A stretch of DNA of 64,000 nucleotides. Source: Octopus vulgaris. Taxonomy: Eukaryota. The translations under genes and the position numbers were made by a program. Location: positions 57,412,001 through 57,476,000 of the forward strand of contig OX597828.1 in assembly GCA_951406725.2 (NCBI GenBank), read 5' to 3'. This document shows, in pieces, positions 11,956 through 24,605 of the stretch; position 1 is the stretch's first letter, and the number at the start of each line of letters is the position of its first letter. The notes under the pieces are model-generated. The model was not told the DNA's origin. It worked only from the letters and a program-made list of their open reading frames with translations, and made no database searches.

Positions 11956-12215
11956 ATATATATTCTCACATTCTGCAAATCATGTGCTGTTAACAACAGC
12001 GTAGAGAGCATAAACATTGAATAGTTAAAGGTGATCCCAATATACAAGATCGGCCATGCTCTTTATTCTCTTAGTGAATATTTTCTGGAGTGACTCAATT
12101 ACCGTAACGTTTTGTTTGGTGTGGGGAGGCCACAGGGCCAACGGTCTGATGACATCTTTCTGTCTGGTCCTGAATGTTCTGAGTATCCAGGAGTTCATCC
12201 TTCGGGCTATATCGC
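11955..12215 (-). mobile_element. Old CR1-type LINE fragment related to the element at 36934-38990
   Basis: DIARRMNSWILRTFRTRQKDVI and LWPPHTKQNVTVIESLQKIFTKRIKSMADLVYWDHL align with DIARRMSSWILRTFRSRKQGVI and LWSPHTRQNISRIESPQRALTKQIEGMAALDYWDRL. Confidence 0.85.
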
Positions 12216-12893
12216 AAAATGGACAAAAGTAAAGCGACTAAGTTTGTACCCACGTGGTTATATTTTTATGAAGACCAGCTCTATATTTCCTACATTCAAA
12301 TGAATAATCGAAGAAGAATCTATGCAATATGTTAATGGCTAAACAAAATTCAAATTACGCGTAGCCTAGATAGTGATTTATTCTTCTTATATCTAAAAAT
12401 TCAACTGAAATGCTGAATTGCAAACATATGGACAAATTTCTATTGGCGACTTGTAGAACACCACCATCTCTGGATTCAGCAGCTGTATTGCAGATATTAG
12501 CCTTCGTCTGTTGAATCTACACTATATAGCTTTCAGATTCTACGGTCAAAGGGGACATAACTCTAATATGTTTTTGTTACTCTTTTTGTTTCTGTTTCTG
12601 CGTTTTTCAACATCCCAACTTCTGGTATTTTCTTTTCATTTCTCTTTTTCTATTGTCCCGACTTGTAATTTGTATAGGTCATGAGCCCAGGGGCGGCAGG
12701 TTATTGGAAAAACTAGGCGTGTTTTACAAGCCGCCAAGATAATATTTTCAATATATGAAACATTTAGTACCTCAAGACTAGAAATAGAGCAAATAAAACA
12801 ATAGCTATCACTCACCAGATGGAGTACATTTTCTTGTTGATCTTACCTTAACGGAAAACTAAATTATATAAAGCAGAAGGAAAGAAAGATAGG

Positions 12894-12896
<3 letters not shown>

Positions 12897-12945
<49 letters not shown>

Positions 12946-12963
12946 CAGGCAGGCAGACAGATG

Positions 12964-13007
<44 letters not shown>

Positions 13008-13025
13008 CATACATACATACATACA

Positions 13026-13054
<29 letters not shown>
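12897..13054. repeat. (GATA)n/(CATA)n compound tetranucleotide microsatellite
   Basis: Directly visible. Confidence 0.95.
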
Positions 13055-13056
<2 letters not shown>

Positions 13057-13378
13057 CCTATAGCGTTACCAGTGACACAGAAACAAATTCCATCTTATAC
13101 ATATGCAATATATGCATAGCATTTATCCAGATTTTATATCAGTATGAATTAAATTTACTACATTGTAAAAGCCATCTGGTTTTTAATTGACAAAACGTGT
13201 CTTTTGCGTAATTCTCTGGATAATGGAGACATCAAACAACCAACAAATTTATTGGCAACTATTAACCATATGCAGGCGCTGGTGTGTGTGTGTATTTATT
13301 TAGATATAAATATATATATATGTATATATATATATGTTTATATATATATATATATATACACACACATATGTCTGTATG

Positions 13379-13422
<44 letters not shown>

Positions 13423-14029
13423 TATATATATAACTGTATATGTATAAAAGCAGGATGTATTTTCAACTTATTTTTCCGAGGGGCACCAGCGAATAACGGT
13501 AAAAATAATATTTTCAACCAAAACATTCCACAATTTTCAAGTTTACAAAGAAGAGTTAAGTCCCCTTCAAGCGATAAGTAAGATTTTGTTAACACATTTG
13601 CTTGTTTGTTTTTTTCCATCGAGGAAAAAAGTGTTTTGTAGATATACGGGAAACACACACACATACACACACGCACGCACGCACACACACACACACACAC
13701 GCGCACATACACACGAACATGTATGCGTACAAAAACCATGTATGTACGTGTGTGTGTGTTTGTGTGTGTGTGTATGCTTACGACTTAGTTGTGATCTGAA
13801 CATAACAGCTTCTGACACGGAGGATCGGGAGTCCTTTTGGGCATTCTATTTTCCTTGCTGGAAGGCTTCCCAACACATGGGCAAAGGGGGTTAGATGATG
13901 CGGGTGGTGTTTTCAAAGGGCTGGCATGTACATCCTGATCACCTCTGCCGATCAAACTCCCAACCTATGCACTCCCATCGCGACACTGATTCTGCAGAAC
14001 TGGATTGCGTGTGAAAACCAACCTTAAAG

Positions 14030-14376
14030 TATAAATATAGATTTTTTTAAATCAGCAATGTTGTGTTCGGTTAAGTCCTATTTGGGGAGAAAAATCAATA
14101 CACTGATTCCTTATGGGATTTTCCATTTAATCATGATAAAAAGAATCGATAAACCGATTTCTGATAGGATTTCCCAATAAAATAGGCTACACCCCATTTT
14201 CAACCATAACGTTTTCAAATGTTGTTGCATTTTCTTCAAACTTGATGTTAGCATTACTTAGGACCCATAGAATCTTGGAATGCTTTAAAATCGAAAAAAA
14301 ATCCCGTGGAAAGCCGGGCTATACTGCTAGTATATATATATTCTTAATCCCGGGCAAAGCCAGGATATACTGCTAA
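14030..14376 (+). mobile_element. Probable non-autonomous Helitron with doubled 3' end
   Basis: Hairpin cccg-tggaaagc-cggg, 8-nt spacer, then CTAG|T at 14327-14331. A second decayed copy follows at 14347-14375. The 5' boundary is uncertain. Confidence 0.55.
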
Positions 14377-14386
14377 TATATATGTA

Positions 14387-14433
<47 letters not shown>

Positions 14434-14829
14434 CATAAACATAAACATATACATATATACAAATACACGCGTACGCGCACAAACACACGCATTATGTTGG
14501 CATAAGGTCATTTTTGAGATTGGTGCTGGGTACTGTAGTGTCTGCAACAATTTCCGACAGGGGATATTTCCCCTGGTGTTTTCGTGTGTGTTTATTGCAG
14601 AACATTCACTGAGAATTTACTTTGTCTTGTTAGTCTTATTACATCTCAGTGATAATCTGAACTTTGCTCGGATACAACGATGACATGAATCTAGCGGCAA
14701 GAACGTGTTATCATCTTTACAGTACATTTCATTAATTTTTCATTTAATTATAATTAAAATATACTCCAGTAAACCACGAGCTTCATATGAATGATTAAGT
14801 TTTCAGGTTTCATGCATTTTTCTTATACT

Positions 14830-15215
14830 TCCAAATAATTCTCTGTTTTGTCATGAAAGCAAATATCGTTAAGCTCCTCTTTTCCAATCTTTACATTAAA
14901 GTTTCCTGAGACGAGAGTTAAATCATGCTTTTTGTCACAATTTTCAGCAATTTCTAATCCTTCCATATTTGTAGGAATGTAACAAGAAATTATGGTTATG
15001 TTCAGATTACTATTGAAGTCGCTGTCTTGGTGTAATAGACAAAATACAGAGCAAAGATAGTGGCGCTTATGGACTTTAAATGATACTTACTGCTCCTATA
15101 GGAGAATTGTTTTGAGCTTTATCAGCTGAAGTAGACTCAAATTCGAAGCTTTTCCGTAAATCATATTTGATATATTTCTTCAAGAAATATTGTTTAATTC
15201 TATTTCCTTATTTAT
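14830..15215 (-). mobile_element. RTE-type LINE APE endonuclease fossil
   Basis: Translates as STSADKAQNNSPIGAVSII*SP (resembles SASAWKNSVNATIGGVGMLLSP), NITIISCYIPTN and KHDLTLVSGNFNVKIGK. Confidence 0.7.
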
Positions 15216-15516
15216 TTATCTATCATTTTATTATTGTTGACCTGAGGATGGACTCTAATTTTAAATTGAATTGTTTTTCGATTAAATTCAAATTTAATTG
15301 TAATTCGAATTTAAATTGTAGCCATGAAACGTACGTAGTCTTTTTACTTGTTTTATATTGTCTATTCACAAATCATTTTTATACTTTTTGTGATCACGTT
15401 ATATGCTTTGAGATATATATATATATTTATTTATGATTTAGTTTATGTCTGTCATTGTTTGAATTGCATAATAGTGGTTTTTCTCTAATTTATATATTTA
15501 TTATTATCATTATTAC

Positions 15517-15568
<52 letters not shown>

Positions 15569-15705
15569 CAAAATTAGCAAGAGAATATCATGTGGTGATG
15601 CCGTACGACCATTTCTAGCGGCTCCATTTAATTGAACAATGCAATATTTTTACATCAGTTTAAGTGATGTGCTATATTCAGCTGCATAGATAAATAAATA
15701 GAATT

Positions 15706-15787
<82 letters not shown>

Positions 15788-15809
15788 ATATATATACATA
15801 TATATATAT

Positions 15810-15844
<35 letters not shown>

Positions 15845-15959
15845 CAAACATACATACATACAAAGACAGATAGAGAGTGCACGAAGGCAAGATAATTTTT
15901 GCCTGTAACGTAATGAAATTGCACGTTTTGTGTGTGAGAATTAGAAATATGTTGCAAAG

Positions 15960-16006
<47 letters not shown>

Positions 16007-16030
16007 TTTCTGTCTATGTATGTATGTATG

Positions 16031-16061
<31 letters not shown>

Positions 16062-16292
16062 ATATATATATATATATATATAAATTAAGTTCGTTGTCGA
16101 AATCAAGTGCGAATCGCAGATGCTGCTGCACTCGCTTACGGAAAACGACTTCCACGCAGGATTGCAAAAGTGGCAGGATCGCTGGGACCGGTGTATTGCT
16201 GCGCAAGGTCACTATTTCGAAGATTATGTCAAAACTTAGGTAAATAACTTATTTTTTGTTAAGCGTAAGTAGACCGGGACGCTTTTAATACC

Positions 16293-16519
16293 TATTTCTT
16301 TATTGCCCACAAGGGGCTAAACATAGAGGGGACAAACAAGGACAGACTTAGCTATTAAGTCGATTATATCGACCTCAGTGCACAACTGGTACTTAATTTA
16401 TCGACCCCGAAAGGATGAAAGGCAAAGTCGACTTCGGCGGAATTTGAACTCAGAACGTAACGTCAGACGAAATACCGCTAAGCATTTCGCCCGGCGTGCT
16501 AACGTTTCTGCCAACTCGC
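16293..16519 (-). mobile_element. tRNA-derived SINE family B, full length, with target-site duplication
   Basis: The minus strand has a B-box-like GAGTTCAAATTCC and the central GCCTTTCATCCTTTCGGGGTCGATAAATTAAGTACC. It is flanked by cgcttttaatacc at 16280-16292 and 16520-16532. Confidence 0.85.
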
Positions 16520-17443
16520 CGCTTTTAATACCACCTCGTATATTGTTACCCTACTCACCCTCACTTATGTATAAGTAAACATAAATTTTATTCAAGCTAA
16601 ATTCATGAACATTCTTTGTCGGCTCATTTAAGTAAAATATACGTTTCCTATAAGTGTATGCATAATATACTTCTACAATAAATTTGGAGTTGTAAACATG
16701 GGGACTTTCAGGAAATATAAAACTCCTCCACATTCTTAAACAAATGATCATCTAGATACATGTATGCAAAATCTGTATGTATCACCATTATATACACTAT
16801 ATACATTATATACATTATATACACGTGTGAGTGTTCGTGCGTTTGGACGTGTGTGTGTGTGCGTGTGTGTGTATGTGTGTGTGTATGTGTGTGCGGGCGT
16901 GTGTTTATGTACGTATGCGCGCGTGTTCTTATAAATACGTGCTTACGTATATAATTCAGATCCTATTTTGTATGTTTTACTGACTTAATCAATACCGATG
17001 ATGATAATTCGCTATAGCGTATATTGAGAAATAGCTTAGGAAATATTATCAATGTTAGATAAATAGGAATTACTATGCAGGTTGGTAGCTGGATGAAATG
17101 GAATTATGAGAAAGTTATGAACCATATCGTTTTATCTGTAATCCAAAGCAAACACAACCGTATATTCATCTTCTATATTTTTGTCTAAATATGTTCTCTT
17201 ACATAAATCTAGTCTTACTCAAGGGAAGACGCGTTATAGATGAAAAAGAAATCATGAAAAAGAAAAGAAGAAGAAAATAAAGAATTAATTTAGGAAAAAA
17301 AAAAGAAAAAGGATGGAAATGTTTTTTTGAAAATTTTCAAGAGATTGTAAAATAGCAGATTGAAAAATAACAAAGTTATATTGTGCTCAGGTAATTATAT
17401 ATGCAAAGACTGAAATATTAGCCATGGTTCTATGTCCAGTTCC

Positions 17444-17592
17444 GAAGAAGAAGAAGAAGAAGAAGAAGAAGAAGAAGAAGAAGAAGAAGAAGAAGAAGAA
17501 GAAGAAGAAGAAGAAGAAGAAGAAGAAGAAGAAGAAGAAGAAGAAGAAGAAGAAGAAGAAGAAGAAGAAGAAGAAGAAGAAGAAGAAGAAGA
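17444..17592. repeat. (GAA)n microsatellite
   Basis: Directly visible, about 150 bp of pure repeat. Confidence 0.97.
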
Positions 17593-17843
17593 ATCTCTAC
17601 AACGATCTTCTGGACATACGATAAACGAGATAAGAGTTGTTGCACTTGAAGGATAAAATTAACTGTATCTCTCTCTGTGTGAATAAGGTATCAGTTTCCG
17701 CAAGACCGTCATATTGCTATATTCCTTAAATTATTGAAGTCTGTATTTCTGGTAGTCTTGTTTCTTCGTACCTTGATACCGAGATATTTATTTCTCTTTG
17801 TGGTAACAATCGAACAGTTACCACATGCATGCATATATATGTG

Positions 17844-17904
<61 letters not shown>

Positions 17905-17907
<3 letters not shown>

Positions 17908-18252
17908 AGATAATGGTGTCAATGAGATCCAAAAGTGTCAGACAATGCTGAAGAAGTGCTATAGACAGACCATAGTTAAGTTCCAGATTCGATAATATTG
18001 CGAATAAAGGGTTCAACGTTGGTTCTATGTCAGCGTGTGTATATATGAATTTTTTGCGCAATGAGATAAAAAAAAACAAGGCTGTATAAATAGTAGATCA
18101 TTTATTGATAGGTCTTACAGCTGTTTCTAGAATATCCGTCTCCGATGAAGGGATATTATTATTAATTAACATTCTAGAAACAGCTGTAAGACCTTCTATC
18201 TATAAATGCTCTAATATCTATACATACTTGGTTTTTGATCTCATTACGAAAA
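17905..18252 (+). mobile_element. TA-embedded pLTR-like repeat with hammerhead motif and internal inversion
   Basis: Homologous to 58028-58410. 18056-18136 is an inverted copy of 18171-18252. Confidence 0.65.
18138..18192 (+). ncRNA. Candidate minimal type I hammerhead ribozyme (CCGAUGA core variant)
   Basis: GTCT CCGATGA [stem II GGGATATT/AACATTCT] GAAA CAGCTG TA AGAC, with palindromic stem III ACAGCTGT. Confidence 0.55.
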
Positions 18253-19750
18253 AAAAAAAAAATATATAAAAAAATATATATATATATATATATATTGTGA
18301 GTTTAGAGGGATATGTTAGCTGGGCGGATACCGTAGCCGCTATGAGTTGTGTTTCAGGTTTTGGTTAAACGCATTGATTAGTATTTAGTGTCTATGACTA
18401 TTGAGTTGTCACTGAAGCTGTTAATTTCTCCTATGGGTAATTCCGTGTTCGCTTCTGTGGATGGAAACATTATTGAAGCGAGACTAGCTGGTGAACAGAT
18501 GGACAGACCTTGAAAGGAACTGCATAGAAAATTGTGCTTGCTTGCCTGTGTATCTGGCTATACCGTGTGCAATAGAAACACGTGTAGGTCTTAATATCCA
18601 TTAGAATATTCTGTATGAAATTGTAAAATAAATTTTGAAGAGGAACAATTCTCCATCTTCCTGAATACAAAGATATGTGCAAACATAAATATATGCATAC
18701 ATAAATATATATGTATGTCTCTACTCACACTCTTATACGCATGCATGCGTATCCTAAGTTGTGCTAAAGACTAAGATTATGTCATTCGATGAGATGTAAT
18801 AAATGTAAAGCATGCCTACAGCTGTCAAGTGACTTCTAAAAATTAAAATTAATCCATTCATTATTTTATAGATTATTAATTTTAATTAACTTAAAATTCA
18901 AATTTTGTGCACTGCAGTTCTCTTCTAAACGTGACATTTTAAACAATGACTTTTTTCTTGTCATTAGAGGATAATTTTAATTAATTAAATATCTCTTCTC
19001 TCATTTCGTCGAATATTACTTTCAGGTCACTCTTAATATTTTCAATTTCGATGTGTTCCATGCTGATTTTCGGTGTTTTTCTCACATATTAAAATAACAG
19101 TTTCTTTGTTATTCTTCTTCAAACCTCAGTTTGGCTTCTTTATAAATACATAACAAAATCGTGAATTTTCTTATAATTTAACCAAAATCTGAATCACTAC
19201 GCATTTGTCGAGATTGAAGTCAACTGCATAATATTTCTGCAGTTCGCAATATTTTCAGCGATAAACTTATTATATGAGCAAAATAAGAACGTCATGCCTA
19301 ATGAATATCGATATCGACGAAGATATTAGAAAAAGACACAGAGAAGTGGATAAACTTTTTCTATGACAACTCGTTAGCTTGTCACATGAATAATGCTTCA
19401 TTCAAATGTGTCATTGCTTGTTTGCAGAGCATTAAGGCAAATATATATTTATACACTATAAGCAACTCATAAAATAATTCGATACAAATGTCCACATATT
19501 TTACGCTGTTTGCGCTGTCCTCACATTCAAACCCAAACATTCTCAAATGTTCCTATTGGAGCGTCCCGCGCGAATGCCTAGCAGCACAGCATGTCGTTTC
19601 CAAATTTCTGGCAGAGCGAACTGTGTGAGAGCGAAGAGCGGTTTTTCTCTTCGACGGTGCCCAGCTGTACTGTTTAGTCAACAAAATTGAAAACAAGCAA
19701 TGTGCATGCGCGAAATAATATAAAAAGGCGACAATTTATCCATCGCAACC

Positions 19751-19782
<32 letters not shown>

Positions 19783-19783
<1 letters not shown>

Positions 19784-20160
19784 TCTTTTATTCGTTTATT
19801 TGTTACAATTATATGACTGCGGCCATGTTGAAGCAGCGCTTTTAGTCGAACAAATCGACTCCAGGACTTTGTAAACCAAGTACATATTATATCGGTCTCT
19901 TTTACAGAACCGCTATGTTACGGGGACGTAATCACACCAACATCGATTGTCAAGTGATGGTGTCAGGACAAACACAGACGCACAAACATACGCACACACA
20001 AGCACACATTCACACACACACACACACATATATATACGACGAGCTTCTTTCAGTTTCGATCTACCAAATCCACTCACAGAACTGTGGTCGTCCCGAGCCT
20101 ATAGTAGTGGTACTGAACCCAGAATGAATGTGGTTGGGAAGCAAGCCTCTTACCACACAC
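19783..20160 (-). mobile_element. SINE family A copy with internal (CA)n
   Basis: Reverse complement of the family A head and tail. Confidence 0.75.
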
Positions 20161-20959
20161 CTATATATATATATATATATATATATATAATCATCGGCGT
20201 GCAGTGGAAACATGCAGGTTATGCACTGCACGTCCGTTTATTTTTTGTATAACTTGAAAATTAATGTAAGAAGGTAATGTATGTATAACAACACGGGAAA
20301 GTTGTTCAAATCAATGGAAACTGAGCTAAAATAGTTACTTCAAAGGAAACCCGTCCAGATTTGATACTTTGCTGTATTTACATGCTCTATTCTGCTTCAT
20401 CTGGGCATGCATAAAAAAACGCGTATGAAATATCTTGTCCTCTCCTTCCTATCTTTCAGTAACTATCATTTCTCTCCTGCCTATCTGCAAGGTCAATGCA
20501 TGTATGATTCTTTATTTCGATAAAATAACTACAGAATGTATGCATTGAGAAAAAATGTTACAGTTCTGGTTTCTCCCCTCTCTTTCCATCAGTTCTTCTT
20601 TGGCAACAATTCTTTTAATAGATGTCTTTAATGCGACAGGCTAAATGGTTGAATGGGTTTTTAACTCGTAAATATTCTGACCAAAACATACCCCATAATT
20701 CTTAATTAATCAGCTCAAATGTTGCTGTGGCTTTGGAATTTCTATTTCGCTCTGTCGTAAGTTTTGTAATTATTATCATTCACCAACCACTGTATTGAAC
20801 AAATTTTCAAAAATTCTGGAATCAAAAATATAATATAGCTTTCGTCGCTATACTAAAATTATCTTTGCGCTTTGTTGAAAACGGTTTCCAGTTCACGCAT
20901 ACACTCGAAAACACGTGCTGTATTACTTTCATAACAATCTTTAGGATTTTTTAAATATT

Positions 20960-21575
20960 TCTCCAAATGACTGAAATGTGTGTTATGGAAGAAATGTTGA
21001 AAAATGGTTTCTCAAAAATAGAATTTGAAAGGAAACAATTAATCATAAATGTTGGTTGATAAACACTGAAATTACCTGATTCGCGAAGCCACAGCAAGAA
21101 ATTCACGAGACAATCTCATTTGAAGTTCATTTGTATGAAAAGAAAAGGTAAACTTGTAGTGCTACGCTTAATATAATATTCTGCTGGCTTTGCGTGCTGT
21201 TTCGTTTTCAAAATAATAACTGTTTGGAATGATAAAGATTATGATGATTTAAATAATTTATTTATGGCTATGCTAAAACATAAACGTTCTCAAAGGCATA
21301 CATCTTGAAACGTTCGGGAATGTTCGCATAGACTTACAGTTAGATGCGTGTAAAAAAAAACAGAGCATGTGTTAGACGAAACAGATCCATTCTGCAACGA
21401 TTGATTGAGGTAGTTACTTTTTAGGTCGTCAGGAATTATCATTTCGAGGTCATATTGAATCTGTAAGATCTAATAATCGTGGAAATTATAAAGAACGCTT
21501 ATATTTAATCAGTAAATATGACGAAAAATTGGCAAGCTATCTAGATATGACATCTTTTTCCGGTCTATCACTCAA
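20960..21575 (+). mobile_element. hAT (ZMYM1/DUF4371-like) transposase fossil
   Basis: FCWLCVLF (TTF-type zinc finger), then NRSILQRLIEVV / LGRQELSFRGHIESVRSNNRGNYKERLYLISKYDEKLASYL. Confidence 0.8.
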
Positions 21576-22188
21576 GCAGCCTGTTCTAACACTTACCGCA
21601 TTCAGAACATTGACAGACAATGATCCTCGCACACAACCACATTGAAACATACACTTTTAAATATAAACACACTCACACATTCACTGATGTGTGTGCGTGT
21701 GTGTATTCATATAAATCATTTTATATAAATCATTTTCGTTTACACTCTTTCAAATTTTCATTCACCTTTAGGTAAGTGTAATTTACGTCCTCGTTTTCGC
21801 CTTCCATGTTGCGATATTTCATATCATTGTTACTCCCAGCAAATGAAAAGAGGCGCTAGGTTTTTGCTTAGTGTATTTAGGGCGTTTTACAATGTTGACG
21901 TTTCGTTGTCTTTCATTGTGAGTGTCTTTATGTATATGCGTGTATGTTCAATGTGCGCGCGCGAGACGTAGTCTTTTAATGTACGGATTTCAGTAAGTAT
22001 AAGAACAAGCTGCTCGCATGACTGTCAGTTATTTTCCCCAAATTGGTGAGATAAAGTAACTGATTTGTCTTTGACAGCATAGCATGGCCATATAACGTAA
22101 CTGTGTTCTCTTAGATAATTCCAAAATGACTCGGCTCAATCAATAAGTATTATTGCATGACAAACCTCAGAAATCACTGCACGCCAAT

Positions 22189-22259
<71 letters not shown>

Positions 22260-22409
22260 CTGTGTATGTATGTATGTATGTATGTATGTATGTATGTATC
22301 TATGTATGTATGTATGTATGTATGTATCTATGTATGTATGTTTGTATGTATGTATGTCAGAAAGACAGGTCAGTTTCTCCTCTACAATATTTTGTAAATA
22401 TATTTCCTT

Positions 22410-22501
<92 letters not shown>

Positions 22502-22506
22502 AAGGA

Positions 22507-22555
22507 GCTTCTACAGGACTAGAACTGTTTCATTCAGATGAAATCTTCAGGAAGC
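22507..22555 (-). ncRNA. Candidate type I hammerhead ribozyme (canonical CUGAAGA core)
   Basis: GCTTC CTGAAGA TTTCA-TC-TGAAT GAAA CAG-TTCTAGTC-CTG TA GAAGC, located about 10 bp from a (TA)n tract. Confidence 0.65.
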
Positions 22556-22904
22556 TGGCTGTCAAAATAAGTTTAGGTATTTATGCATTTAGGCAGATTT
22601 AATGGAGTGGTGATGGCAGGGGGGACGTTTTTTGGGTAGGTTGGTATTTATGAGATAAACAGAGCACAAGCTATTGTTCTTAGGGGAGTGGTCAAAAGGC
22701 CAGAGTGTTTTTTGAAATGAGAAGAATCAGTGAGAAAATAAATAAATGAATAAATAGAATAAATGAATAGAAACCCCAAGAATAGTATTTCAACAGATAT
22801 ATGGGATGGGATTTTAGGTAAATTAGAAGACAATTGCTTTTAGGTGGTCAAGAAGAGGTAGGCAGTTTGTTATTGTTAGGTGGAGGGAATAAATAGATAA
22901 ATAT

Positions 22905-23150
22905 ACATGAAAAAACATATCTGGCACCTTAAAAGTAACTCCATTCCCTTCAAGATCAAGTAGAGACTACTCCAGAGAGCGCGTTCTTACACGGGAGGGC
23001 ATACTTGCTGTGATCTTTGCATTTCTGAGAGCTTGGAGATCTTATCCGCCAAAGGCCCTCTCCTCAACAAGATCTCGGAACACTCCCCAAACTGTATGCA
23101 CAAAATCTATGCAAACTACAAAAATTACAGACCCACCCGGCCACCCGATT
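22905..23150 (+). mobile_element. Penelope-like element, GIY-YIG C-terminal fragment
   Basis: KHIWHLKSNSIPFKIK*RLLQRARSYTGGHTCCDLCISESLEILSAKGPLLNKISEHSPNCMHK resembles the PLE pattern KHIW.LK...IKW.I...CNLC..EK..I...LLNKRSE....CRH. Confidence 0.8.
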
Positions 23151-23229
23151 GACGACACCCCACCCAAAAAACCCAAACACACCACACCACCGTTCCTTCA
23201 TCACCCCCAATTACCTTCTCTCCTAAGAC

Positions 23230-23873
23230 TATATACACACATATATATATATACATATGTATATATGCACATATATGTATATGGGTGCATATATATGTAT
23301 ATGTGCATATGTATATGTACATTTGTATGTGTATGCGTGTATATATATATATATATACATGTTTGTATGTGTGTGTATGTATTTATGTATGTATGTGTGT
23401 ACATGTGTATATATCTATATGTATGTATATGCATATGTATATGTTTATGTATGTATATATATATATGCATATGTGTGTATGCGTGTGTATTTATATATGT
23501 ATATATGTATTTATATGCGTATATATACTTATATATGCGTACATGTATTTATATGCACATATGTTTTTATATCTGGATATGTGTTTATATATGCGTGTAT
23601 ATATTTATGTGTGTGTTTGTGTGTACATATGTATATTTATGTATGTGCTTATATATTTTTAACACAACAAAGCTCATACAAAGCTTTACATTTTACTTTT
23701 GACAATCTTTTTCTAAAAAGGTGAAATATGTCAAGTGAATAAACAACTTTACAATTGCATTTTCAAACCCTCTTTCATACACATACACACACACATATAT
23801 ATATATCTATCCATACATATATATATATATACATATATACACGTATATATATATAGATACATATAGATATACA

Positions 23874-23921
<48 letters not shown>

Positions 23922-23960
23922 TATACATATACATATACACATATACATACATATATATAA
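23230..23960. repeat. Degenerate (TA/TG/CA)n low-complexity tract
   Basis: Directly visible. Confidence 0.9.
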
Positions 23961-24000
23961 TTATTAAACTTACTGCTAATAATTCGATATGTATATTAAT

Positions 24001-24039
<39 letters not shown>

Positions 24040-24549
24040 ATTAATTTAATTTTTACTTTTAGTATTTCGATATATTTATATATAAATATAAATATAAGCA
24101 CACACCCTCCACACATATATATATATATATACACATGTAAAGGATGATTTAAGTACGTTTCATTTATTCGTCTGAAAAAGAGTGACTTTTTATAATAAGT
24201 TGCTGACCGTACGTGACTGTACAAATATTTAGAGGGAGATGATTTGTTCATATTCGCATTTTTATCTTCGTAACGTCCTGGTTATATTTACTGCCAGGTC
24301 AACTACCTCTTTTTAGCTTGTCAGTTTCTAACTGCAGGGTGCTCATTGATACGTCACCTGGATTGAACGAGTTACTACACTCTTGTCTCTTAAAAGCTTG
24401 AGAAATGCCGAAAGAAATAAAAATTTCGGTCAGGAGAACCTGTGTAATTGTGTTTCACAAGGCTTTTTGTGAGTTTTTTTAAAAAATATAAATACTTTAT
24501 TCTCTTAACACACAGGATGGTATACAAATTGTTTAAATCTTAGTAGTCT

Positions 24550-24605
<56 letters not shown>

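Noticed and set aside
15082-15241. Apparent minus-strand exon ending in GTAAGT
   Set aside because: It lies within a colinear RTE endonuclease fossil.
16425-16520. tRNA-like A/B boxes
   Set aside because: This is a SINE head with no complete cloverleaf, so it is not called a tRNA gene.
17424-17656. Poly-K, poly-E and poly-L ORFs
   Set aside because: They are the (GAA)n repeat read in different frames.
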